NCBI GenBank assembly: GCA_036382395.1
Contig: DASVHW010000155.1
Span: 1-51,357, forward strand
Length of the DNA: 51,357 nucleotides
Direction: 5' to 3'
Source: Candidatus Binatia bacterium
GTDB taxonomy: Bacteria; Desulfobacterota; Binatia; HRBIN30
In this document: in pieces, positions 27,925-36,194 of the stretch
Layout of the letters: every line of letters begins with the position of its first letter
Position numbering within the stretch: the first letter of the stretch is position 1
Notes under the pieces: generated by a model
What the model saw: the letters and a program-made list of their open reading frames with translations, nothing else
Databases searched by the model: none
What the model was told of the DNA's origin: nothing
Position numbers and translations under genes: made by a program

Positions 27925-29619
27925 ATGATCACACGTTTGGGCGAACTGCTGGTTAAGCGCGGACTGATTACGTCGGCGCAACTCACCAAGGCCTTGGAGG
28001 AACAGGCCACCGGTACGAGCGCCTTGAGTTCCGTGTTGGTCACGGCGGGATTCATCAACGAAACCGACCTGGCCGCCTGCTTGCAGAAGGAATACCGGCT
28101 CTCGCTGGTGGATCCGTCGGCCATGAATCTGCCTGCCGAGGTGCTGCGGTTGATTCCCGCCACCTTGGTGCAGCGGCATCATCTGATTCCCATCAACTTG
28201 AGCGGCTCGTCACTTACCGTGGCGATGTCTGATCCCTCCAATCTGGTGGCGATCAATGAGGTGAAATTCCTCACCGGGTATGACGTGAAGGTGGCTGTGG
28301 CGTGCGTGTCTTCCATCAGCGCCGCCATTGAAGAGCACTACGAGGAGGGTGCGGACTACGACGACGTCCTGACGGAGATCGAGAGCGAGGACGTCGAGGT
28401 CCTCGACAAAGGTGAGGAGGTCGACCTCAAGGAACTGGAGCGCGCGACAGAAGACGCTCCGGTCGTCAGGCTGGTCAACGCCATCCTCACTGCCGCGATC
28501 AAACGGCGCGCCAGCGACATTCACCTGGAGCCGTTCGAGCGCATGTTTCGCGTGCGGCTGCGCGTCGATGGCGTGCTAGAGGAGATCATGCGGCCGCCCC
28601 TGAAGCTCAAGAACGCCATCACGTCACGAGTAAAGATCATGTCGGCACTCGATATTGCCGAACGGCGCTTGCCACAAGACGGCCGGATCAAACTGAAGTT
28701 GGACCGGAGACAAGAAATGGATTTCCGCGTCTCGGTCTTGCCGACGCTTTTCGGCGAGAAGATCGTGCTGCGATTGCTTGACAAGTCGAACCTGCAGCTC
28801 GACATGACCAAACTCGGATTCGAAGAGGGGGCGCTGAAGGACTTCAAGGATGCGATCTCCAAGCCGTACGGCATGGTGCTCGTGACCGGCCCCACGGGAA
28901 GCGGTAAGACGACGACCTTGTACTCGGCATTGTCGGAACTCAACAAGATTGGATCGAATATCTCCACCGCGGAGGATCCGGTTGAATTCAATCTCGTGGG
29001 GATCAACCAGGTACAGATCCATGAGGAAATCGGATTCAGCTTCGCCAATGCCTTGCGTGCCTTTCTGCGGCAGGATCCAGACATCATCATGGTTGGCGAG
29101 GTGCGCGACTTCGAGACCGCGGAGATCGCCATCAAGGCGGCACTCACAGGACATCTGGTGTTGAGCACCGTGCACACCAACGATGCGCCATCGACGATCA
29201 ACCGTCTTCTCAACATGGGGGTTGAGCCGTTTCTGGTGGCGTCCTCGGTCAACTTGATCCTGGCCCAACGACTGGCTCGCGTGGTTTGCAGTGGCTGCCG
29301 CGAACCGGTGGAGTTGCCCCACCAGGCATGGCTCGATATCGGTGTGGGGCGGGACGAGATCGGTTCGTTCAGCTCCTTTCATGGGGTCGGCTGCCCGCAA
29401 TGTAATGGCACCGGCTACCGCGGCCGTATCGCGTTGTATGAGGTGATGCCGATGAGCGAGGAACTCCGAGATCTGGTGCTGAACGGGGCCTCGGCGGCGG
29501 AAGTCAAGCGTTGTGCTGTGAATCTCGGCATGAAGACATTGCGGCAATCCGGCATCGGCAAGTTGAAAGAAGGGGTCACGACGGTGGGAGAGGTGGTTCG
29601 TGTGACCATGCCCGATTAG
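27925..29619 (+). CDS. pilB: Type IV pilus assembly ATPase PilB (GspE family)
   Basis: N-terminal T2SSE_N-type domain (LGELLVKRGLITSAQLTKALEEQ...). GPTGSGKTTT. Tetracysteine motif CSGC...CPQCNGTGYRGR. Confidence 0.9.
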   Translation: MITRLGELLVKRGLITSAQLTKALEEQATGTSALSSVLVTAGFINETDLAACLQKEYRLSLVDPSAMNLPAEVLRLIPATLVQRHHLIPINLSGSSLTVAMSDPSNLVAINEVKFLTGYDVKVAVACVSSISAAIEEHYEEGADYDDVLTEIESEDVEVLDKGEEVDLKELERATEDAPVVRLVNAILTAAIKRRASDIHLEPFERMFRVRLRVDGVLEEIMRPPLKLKNAITSRVKIMSALDIAERRLPQDGRIKLKLDRRQEMDFRVSVLPTLFGEKIVLRLLDKSNLQLDMTKLGFEEGALKDFKDAISKPYGMVLVTGPTGSGKTTTLYSALSELNKIGSNISTAEDPVEFNLVGINQVQIHEEIGFSFANALRAFLRQDPDIIMVGEVRDFETAEIAIKAALTGHLVLSTVHTNDAPSTINRLLNMGVEPFLVASSVNLILAQRLARVVCSGCREPVELPHQAWLDIGVGRDEIGSFSSFHGVGCPQCNGTGYRGRIALYEVMPMSEELRDLVLNGASAAEVKRCAVNLGMKTLRQSGIGKLKEGVTTVGEVVRVTMPD

Positions 29620-29630
29620 GCGGGCCTGCC

Positions 29631-30764
29631 ATGGTGGACGAGACCTTTTCCCCCGAAGGCGACCGGACCGAGGCTTCGGCTCCGGCCAGTATCCAGGGTT
29701 TCCTGGAAATGATCGTGCAAAATGGCGCGACCGATCTCCATGTTTCAAGCGGCAGTCCGCCGCTCATGCGTGTCGCGGGGAAGCTGACCCCGCTCCCATT
29801 CCCGTCGCTCACGGCCAGCGAAACGAAGAACCTTTGCTACAGCCTCCTGACGGAGAGTCAACGGCATCGCTTCGAAGAAGAAAACGAACTGGACTTTTCG
29901 TTCGGCATTCGTGGCTTGAGCCGTTTCCGAGGCAACCTCTTCGTACAAAAAGGTACAGTCGGCGGCGCGTTTCGCCTAATCCCTTACGAGGTTAGAGGGC
30001 TGGCTGAGCTAGGGCTGCCGCCGGTGGCTGGCGAGTTGACTAAACTGCCGCGCGGGTTGGTCCTGGTCACAGGCCCAACAGGGAGCGGTAAATCTACCAC
30101 GCTCGCGTCCATGATTGACAAGATCAACCGGGAGCGCCAAGAGCACATCGTTACGGTCGAGGACCCGATCGAATTTGTCCACGAGCATCGCAAGTGCCTC
30201 GTAAATCAGCGGGAAGTCTTCGCGGATACGCACGGGTTCTCCCAAGCACTTCGGCATGTGCTGCGCCAGGATCCTGATGTCGTGCTGATCGGTGAGATGC
30301 GAGATCTGGAGACCGTCGCCTCAGCGCTGACCGTTGCCGAGACGGGTCACTTGGTACTCTCCAGCTTACACACCAACTCAGCGGTACAGACGATCAACCG
30401 CATCATCGACATTTTTCCCTCCAATCAGCAGCCGCAAGTTCGCGCCCAGCTGTCCCTTGTACTCCAAGGCGTGGTCTCCCAGCAGCTGATCCCTCGGCTC
30501 GACAGTCGGGGGCGGGTTTTGGCGGTAGAGATCATGATTCCCAACCCCGCCATCCGCAATCTCATTCGGGAAGAGAAAATCCATCAGATCTATTCGCAGA
30601 TGCAGATCGGGCAGCTCAGATTCGGCATGCAGACGATGTCGCAATCACTGGTCGATCTCCACCAACGCCGGTTGATTTCGTACGAAGAGACGGTGGGGCA
30701 CGCCACAGAGCCAGACGAAGTGCGCGCGGTGCTTGGTGGGTCTCCAGGTTCTGCGCACCGCTGA
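29631..30764 (+). CDS. pilT: PilT-family retraction ATPase (second pilT paralogue)
   Basis: An ATG at 29631 gives MVDETFS...LEMIVQNGATDLHVSSGSPPLMRVAGKL, GPTGSGKSTT, and LIGEMRDLETVASALTVAETGHLVLSSLHTNSA. The track ORF start at 29511 lies inside pilB. Confidence 0.85.
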   Translation: MVDETFSPEGDRTEASAPASIQGFLEMIVQNGATDLHVSSGSPPLMRVAGKLTPLPFPSLTASETKNLCYSLLTESQRHRFEEENELDFSFGIRGLSRFRGNLFVQKGTVGGAFRLIPYEVRGLAELGLPPVAGELTKLPRGLVLVTGPTGSGKSTTLASMIDKINRERQEHIVTVEDPIEFVHEHRKCLVNQREVFADTHGFSQALRHVLRQDPDVVLIGEMRDLETVASALTVAETGHLVLSSLHTNSAVQTINRIIDIFPSNQQPQVRAQLSLVLQGVVSQQLIPRLDSRGRVLAVEIMIPNPAIRNLIREEKIHQIYSQMQIGQLRFGMQTMSQSLVDLHQRRLISYEETVGHATEPDEVRAVLGGSPGSAHR

Positions 30765-30770
30765 AGCATC

Positions 30771-30786
30771 TGGCACGTAGCGTGCT
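30771..30786 (+). promoter_or_regulatory. Sigma-54 (-24/-12) promoter-like element upstream of pilC
   Basis: TGGCACGTAGCGTGCT has GG-N10-GC spacing, compared with the consensus TGGCACG-N4-TTGCW. It lies 7 nt after the pilT2 stop and ~80 nt before the pilC ATG. Confidence 0.4.
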
Positions 30787-30865
30787 TTAAACCTTACTTC
30801 AGAAGGACGACAGTAGGCGAATGAAGGGAATTCGCCCACTGCTCCTCTCACGGCGAGGTAAAAAA

Positions 30866-32086
30866 ATGGCGGTTTTTGTATGGCAGGGCGTTTCCGCGCG
30901 AGGAGAGGTACTGAGGGGGGAGATGGAGGCCCCCACCCGTGACGCCGTATTGATCCGATTGCGCTCGCAGCGCATTCAGCCGGTTCCGGCGAAGATCAAG
31001 GAAAAGGGAAAGGGCCTCAACAAAGATATCACCATCCCTGGCTTCGGAGAATCCATCAAGGGTCGCGATATCGTGATCTTCACGCGCCAATTGGCGACGA
31101 TGATCGATGCCGGTCTGCCGATCGTTCAGTGTTTGGATGTGCTGGCCGCCCAGTCGCCGAACAAAAAACTCCGTACCCATATCCGACAGATCAAGGAAGA
31201 GGTGGAGTCAGGTTCGACCTTTACCGATGCATTGCGCAAGCATCCGAAACTATTTGATGATCTGTATGTCAACATGGTCGCCGCAGGCGAAATCGCCGGT
31301 ATTCTGGACAGCATCCTGCATCGGCTGGCGGGTTACATGGAAAAGGCCATGAAACTCAAGAGCAAGATCAAGGGGGCCATGATCTATCCGGCGACAATCG
31401 TCACTGTGGCCGTGAGTGTAACCGCGGTGCTGCTGATTTTTGTGATCCCGGTCTTTGCGGAGTTGTTCTCGAGTTTCGGCCAAGCCTTACCGGCCCCAAC
31501 GCAATTCACCATCAACTTGAGCAATTTCACCATTGCCTACTTCAAATACATCGCTGCCGTGACCATCGCGGTAGGTGTGGCCGGCCGGCAATTCTATAAA
31601 ACCGAAGGCGGACGGCTGATGTTCGATCATCTGTTTCTGCAGATGCCGGTGTTTGGTGATCTGTTCCGCAAATCGGCGGTCGCCCGCTTTACCCGGACAC
31701 TCAGCACCCTCGTGTCATCTGGTGTTCCGATTCTCGATGCGCTTGCCATAACGGCACGAACAGCCGGCAACAAGGTGGTCGAGCGTGCTGTGCTGGCGAC
31801 CCGGGTGAGTATCAGTGAAGGCCGAACGATTGCTGAGCCTCTCGCGCAGAGCAAAGTCTTTCCCCCCATGGTGTGCCAAATGATTTCGGTCGGTGAGACG
31901 ACCGGTGCGCTCGATGCCATGCTGCAGAAAATCGCCGAGTTCTACGAGGATGAGGTCGATAGCGCCGTGTCCAATCTCACGGCGTTGATGGAACCGTTGG
32001 TGATCGTGTTCTTGGGGGTGGTCATTGGAGGCTTGGTGATTTCAATGTACCTGCCGATTTTCAAACTGGGCTCCGTCATCGGCTGA
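30866..32086 (+). CDS. pilC: Type IV pilus platform protein PilC (GspF family)
   Basis: MAVFVWQGVSARGEVLRGEMEA... plus two T2SSF repeats (…FTRQLATMIDAGLPIVQCL… / …FTRTLSTLVSSGVPILDAL…). The ATG at 30866 follows gaggtaaaaaa. Confidence 0.9.
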   Translation: MAVFVWQGVSARGEVLRGEMEAPTRDAVLIRLRSQRIQPVPAKIKEKGKGLNKDITIPGFGESIKGRDIVIFTRQLATMIDAGLPIVQCLDVLAAQSPNKKLRTHIRQIKEEVESGSTFTDALRKHPKLFDDLYVNMVAAGEIAGILDSILHRLAGYMEKAMKLKSKIKGAMIYPATIVTVAVSVTAVLLIFVIPVFAELFSSFGQALPAPTQFTINLSNFTIAYFKYIAAVTIAVGVAGRQFYKTEGGRLMFDHLFLQMPVFGDLFRKSAVARFTRTLSTLVSSGVPILDALAITARTAGNKVVERAVLATRVSISEGRTIAEPLAQSKVFPPMVCQMISVGETTGALDAMLQKIAEFYEDEVDSAVSNLTALMEPLVIVFLGVVIGGLVISMYLPIFKLGSVIG

Positions 32087-32092
32087 TTCGTT

Positions 32093-34168
32093 GTGACTGG
32101 TTCAGTTCTAGACCCGGCGGAACAGCTGCGCGGCCGGCTGGAGCGGTTTCTCTTCTTCCGCGTGGTGCTGGCGTCGTTGTTTCTCGGGGCGCTGGCGCTC
32201 GCACTCCTGCTGAGCGGGGGGCAGCAGTACGCCGTTTCTATTGCCGTACTCCAACTCAGCATCGCGGCCACATATGCCCTGACCATTCTTTCTGCGGTAT
32301 TGGTCCTGCGTCTGAAGCGGCTCTTGGTGTTCGCCTATTTGCAGGTGGCGTTTGATGTGGCGTTGACCACCGGCGTCATCTTCGTGACCGGCGGTAGCGA
32401 CAGCCCGTTTGGGTTTCTGTACAGCCTCGTGGTCATCAATGCGTCGATGCTGCTGTCCACGCCGGGAGCGATTGTGGCCGCCTCAGTTTCTTCGATCGCC
32501 TACGCGGCACTTGTGCTGGCCCTGAATCTCGGCTTGATTGCTCATCCGGCGTACCCGTTTCAGCCCAGCCCGATCGACCTGCAATTCTCCGTCCGTTTCG
32601 CCATAACCAATGTCACATTTTACTTGATTGCATTCCTGGCCACGCTGCTGGTGCGCCGGCTGCACCAAACTGAAGAGCTGCTCGAAAAGGGGGAAGCGGA
32701 ACGCGATCGGCTGGCTTCTGTGCAAGAGGCGCTGGCACGCCACATCGGGAGCGCCCTGGTTACCACCGATGCGGAGGGTCGCGTCAGTTCGTTGAACTAC
32801 GTTGCTGAAGAGTTGGCTGGGGCCCGCGCGCTGGAGGTGATCGGCAAGGACATTGGGACTATCTTTACGCCTCTGCGGCAGACGGCAATCGGTCGGCTGC
32901 AATTTCTGCAGTCTTCGGGCAGCATCCAGCCGACCGAGTTTCAACACCGAACCGATACGGGCCGACAGCTGATCTTGCGCTGCTCCACGGTCGTACTGCA
33001 GGACACCTACCGCAATCCGATTGGTGCCCTCTTCATTCTGCAGGATATCACTGCGTTGCGTCAACTCGAGCAGCGCCTTCAAGCCGAAGAAGGAAACTCC
33101 GCTGTCGAGGAAGAAATCGCAATCGGGGAGGAGGCCTCGACCGATGGTCTGATCGGTACCAGTGCCGCCATCTGCCGTGTGCGCGAATTCATTGATAAAG
33201 CTGCAAGAAGCGACGCGACACTCCTGGTTACCGGTGAGAGCGGAACAGGAAAAGAACTGGTCGCGCGGGGCGTGCATGCGCGCAGCGCGCGGCGTGACCG
33301 GCCATTCGTTGCAGTCAATTGCGGTGCGATTCCGGCCAACCTCATCGAGAGCGAGCTGTTTGGCCACGTCAAGGGCGCCTTCACCGGGGCGGCAAGCGAT
33401 CGTGCCGGACTGTTCCGCATGGCAGACAGCGGGACCATTTTCCTCGATGAGATCGGGGATCTTCCCCTCCCGTTGCAGGTGAAGTTGCTGCGCGTTCTCC
33501 AGGAACGCACCTTCACGCCGGTTGGTGCCGACAATCACGTGACTGTCGATGTGCGAGTGGTCGCTGCTACGAATCGACAGTTGAGCGAAGAGGTGCAAGT
33601 CGGCCGCTTCCGTGAGGACCTATTCTATCGCTTGAATGTGTTGACCCTGGAGTTGCCACCGTTGCGCGAGCGACGCCAGGACATCCCGTCCTTGGTTCGG
33701 CGGTTCCTTCGGCAGTCTTCTGAGTTCCACGGAAGGCGCGTAGAGCGGCTCTCGGTGGCGGCTTCGCGGCGTCTGCAAGCATACGATTACCCGGGTAATA
33801 TCAGGGAACTAGAGAACATAATCGAGCATGCGGTGGCACTGTGCGACGGCGAGACGGTTCATGAGGAACATCTCCCTGGTTACATGCTGAAACCTGGCGT
33901 AAAGGGTGGGTGCGAGAGTCCATCTATTGCAATGTCTCCAGCCGTGGTGCCGCCGATTCGTGCGGCTGGAGGAATCGACAACCTGGAAGACAACCTGGCT
34001 GCCTACGAAAAAGCCATATTACTGCGCGCACTCAGCGATGCGGGCGGAGTGAAAAAGCGGGCCGCGGAGCTTCTCGGAATCAACTATCGCTCGTTTCGCC
34101 ATCGGCTACAGAAATACGGGCTCGGAGGATTAGCGGCGTCCGAGCATGCCGAGGATGTCGCAGGGTGA
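32093..34168 (+). CDS. Membrane-anchored sigma-54-dependent transcriptional activator (approx. 6 TM, PAS, AAA+ sigma-54 interaction domain, Fis-type HTH), with no receiver domain. It occupies the pilS/pilR position.
   Basis: Hydrophobic N-terminal ~190 aa. PAS region (VTTDAEGRVSSLNYVAEELAG...). GESGTGKELVARGVH, GAFTGA, and a C-terminal AAELLGINYRSFRHRLQKYGL. GTG start. Confidence 0.8.
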   Translation: MTGSVLDPAEQLRGRLERFLFFRVVLASLFLGALALALLLSGGQQYAVSIAVLQLSIAATYALTILSAVLVLRLKRLLVFAYLQVAFDVALTTGVIFVTGGSDSPFGFLYSLVVINASMLLSTPGAIVAASVSSIAYAALVLALNLGLIAHPAYPFQPSPIDLQFSVRFAITNVTFYLIAFLATLLVRRLHQTEELLEKGEAERDRLASVQEALARHIGSALVTTDAEGRVSSLNYVAEELAGARALEVIGKDIGTIFTPLRQTAIGRLQFLQSSGSIQPTEFQHRTDTGRQLILRCSTVVLQDTYRNPIGALFILQDITALRQLEQRLQAEEGNSAVEEEIAIGEEASTDGLIGTSAAICRVREFIDKAARSDATLLVTGESGTGKELVARGVHARSARRDRPFVAVNCGAIPANLIESELFGHVKGAFTGAASDRAGLFRMADSGTIFLDEIGDLPLPLQVKLLRVLQERTFTPVGADNHVTVDVRVVAATNRQLSEEVQVGRFREDLFYRLNVLTLELPPLRERRQDIPSLVRRFLRQSSEFHGRRVERLSVAASRRLQAYDYPGNIRELENIIEHAVALCDGETVHEEHLPGYMLKPGVKGGCESPSIAMSPAVVPPIRAAGGIDNLEDNLAAYEKAILLRALSDAGGVKKRAAELLGINYRSFRHRLQKYGLGGLAASEHAEDVAG

Positions 34169-34508
34169 ACTGCGAAGCGCCGGCTCAGATGATCAGGGAT
34201 CGCGTCAAGAAAATCACGGTGAACATTTCAGTAATCATCCGGCTGAGCCCCCTCAGGCTCCTGGGTTCTGATCTGGGTCATGGGCGATGTGCTCTATCAG
34301 ACTCTGTGACGCCCACAATCCTGTCGGAGTCCGATACGCGAAAGACGTGTGGCGTGACGGCAAAAGATGGCCCGCCGGCAGCGTACAAGTGGGCTGCGTC
34401 AAAAAAGTCGCGGACAAAATATGTCAACTGCGTAAAGAAAGTAGCGTTTTTGACTGTGCGATCCGAGCGAAGGCGGCATTCGGCTTCGATCGAGTTCTGA
34501 ATCAGTGG

Positions 34509-34524
34509 TGGTACGTGCCTTGCT
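34509..34524 (+). promoter_or_regulatory. Sigma-54 (-24/-12) promoter of pilA
   Basis: TGGTACGTGCCTTGCT matches TGGCACG-N4-TTGCW with exact GG-N10-GC spacing. It lies ~140 nt upstream of the pilA ATG and downstream of an AT-rich stretch, next to a sigma-54 activator gene. Confidence 0.6.
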
Positions 34525-34663
34525 TTGGTCACTGGTGTTGGAGGTTATCGACGAAGCAAGCCCACGCCCCGCTTGGATGACTTGACACTGGTGCAAATGG
34601 CAGAATTCGCCACTCAAACGGACGACAAAAAAAGAAGAGAATAGGAAAGGATAGGAGGACACA

Positions 34664-35056
34664 ATGAAGGCAATAGGGAATAAGGGTTTCACGTTGATCG
34701 AACTGCTGGTGGTAGTGGCCATCATCGGTATCTTGGCGGCCATCGCCATTCCGCAGTTTGCTGTCTACCGGCAAAAGGGGTTCGACGCCCGGGCCGAGTC
34801 TGACCTGCGCAACGCGGCCACTGCCGAAGAGGCGAACTTTGCCACGAATCAGGCCTATGTGACCTGTACGACTGCTGCGCTCTGCGGCGGAACATCGACC
34901 ACGACAGGGCTCCTGCCAGGCTACAAGCCATCGGCCGGGGTCGACCTTGCGATGGCGATCGTTGACCCCTCATCGTTCTCGGGCACTGCGACCCATACGG
35001 CCGGCACTGGCAAGATCTGGAACTACCTGAGCGCGTCTGGTGGTCTTCAACCGTAG
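34664..35056 (+). CDS. pilA: Type IVa major pilin PilA
   Basis: Short leader and class III signal MKAIGNKG|FTLIELLVVVAIIGILAAIAIPQF. RBS aggagga 6 nt upstream. Confidence 0.9.
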   Translation: MKAIGNKGFTLIELLVVVAIIGILAAIAIPQFAVYRQKGFDARAESDLRNAATAEEANFATNQAYVTCTTAALCGGTSTTTGLLPGYKPSAGVDLAMAIVDPSSFSGTATHTAGTGKIWNYLSASGGLQP

Positions 35057-35101
35057 CGCGTCTGGTGGTATTCAGTAGACGGTCGCGAAAAATGGGACCG
35101 T

Positions 35102-35134
35102 GGGGACGGGCGTTCTGCCCGTCCCCATTTTTTT
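35102..35134 (+). terminator. Rho-independent terminator after pilA
   Basis: ggggacgggc-gttct-gcccgtcccc (10-bp perfect stem) followed by aTTTTTTT. Confidence 0.8.
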
Positions 35135-35201
35135 GCTCGCCTACCGCCAGCCCAGGGAATTCCACTGCCCCAATTGCATCCGATGGCCGTGGACTAAAGC
35201 G

Positions 35202-36194
35202 ATGCATTCTTCGTCGAGTTGCGATCCTCCCCGGCATTTGTCATGGAATCAAGGCGTGGAACACAAGGCTCAAACTGCGGCGCGTCTGGCGGTGGTCTGG
35301 ATCGCGATCGGGTTACTGGCGGCGGCGGTGATGCGGGCCGACGGTGCGCTAGGCCGGCAGTTGGAGGTTAGCGCCAAGCCAAGCGAGCTGATTTACCTAC
35401 CGCCGACGCCTTTTCTGAAGGCAGTCTGCCTTGGTTACCAGCACGCCTTGGCGGATGTTCTGTGGTTCCGCACGATCAGCTATTTCGGGCGACATTATCG
35501 GGACGATCGCCTCTACCCGTGGCTTGCAGGAATGTGCAACGCCGTCACAGACCTGGATCCGGCGGCTGAGTACGTCTACCGCTTCGGTGGACTCATTTTA
35601 TTATGGGAAGCCGATTTCACCGATGCCGGCATTGCGTTGCTGGAAAAAGGGACGCAGAACATCCCGGCATCCTGGGAACTGCAGTACATGCTCGGGTTTA
35701 GCTACTACTTCTTCAAAGACGACCTGGCGGCGGCGAGCCGTACGCTGCAGGCTGCCGCCTTGTTGCCTGATGCTCCGGAATTCGTGAGCGGTTTGGCAGC
35801 GCTGACGCATGCGGCGCGTGAAGGGGCGAGCCGGGCCATAGACTTCCTCACGGAAGTGGAACGCAACAGCACCAGCGATGAAATACGCAAAGTGATTCGC
35901 CAGCGCATTCGCGAGCTCACGCTGTCTCGGGATATTGAGGCGCTACAGGCGGCGACCGAGGCTTTTGCGAAGCGGTTCTCACGCCAGCCGATGGCTCTCG
36001 AAGAGCTCGTCAGTACGGGGATGCTTGCTTCGATTCCGCCGGAGCCATTTGGGGGACGATATCTTTACGATCCACAGACGAGGCGAGTGCAGAGCAGCCT
36101 GGGTCATCAGCCGCGGCACCTGAGCAGCAGCCGAAAGCGTGAGCAGCTTCTCAAACGGCTAGGTCAGGAGAGCGATCATGGGTCTCGTCCTTGA
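35202..36194 (+). CDS. Membrane-anchored helical-repeat protein of unknown function, in the position of Myxococcus pilG
   Basis: First ATG after the pilA terminator. One TM (LAVVWIAIGLLAAAVM), then a helical-repeat-like sequence. It overlaps the ABC ATPase start by 17 nt. The functional call rests on position only. Confidence 0.55.
   Translation: MHSSSSCDPPRHLSWNQGVEHKAQTAARLAVVWIAIGLLAAAVMRADGALGRQLEVSAKPSELIYLPPTPFLKAVCLGYQHALADVLWFRTISYFGRHYRDDRLYPWLAGMCNAVTDLDPAAEYVYRFGGLILLWEADFTDAGIALLEKGTQNIPASWELQYMLGFSYYFFKDDLAAASRTLQAAALLPDAPEFVSGLAALTHAAREGASRAIDFLTEVERNSTSDEIRKVIRQRIRELTLSRDIEALQAATEAFAKRFSRQPMALEELVSTGMLASIPPEPFGGRYLYDPQTRRVQSSLGHQPRHLSSSRKREQLLKRLGQESDHGSRP

Noticed and set aside
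28624-29748. 374-aa minus-strand ORF, plus the 371-aa ORF 32483..33598 and the 298-aa ORF 37159..38055
   Set aside because: Each is antisense to a confidently identified gene (pilB, the sigma-54 activator, the GT-C enzyme). None has motifs of its own.
33910-34500. 196-aa plus-strand ORF spanning the activator 3' end and the pilA upstream region
   Set aside because: It starts inside the activator gene in another frame and is Arg/Cys/Ser-rich. The region is better explained as a sigma-54 control region.
34598-34611. tggcagaattcgcc as a sigma-54 promoter, and the TTGACA at 34582 as a sigma-70 -35 element
   Set aside because: The GG-to-GC spacing is wrong for a -24/-12 promoter. The TTGACA has no acceptable -10 hexamer at 16-19 bp. 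The element at 34509..34524 fits far better.
35100-35201. 5' extension of the PilG-position ORF back to 35100
   Set aside because: The extension would read straight through the strong pilA rho-independent terminator (35102..35134). The first ATG after the terminator (35202) is more plausible.
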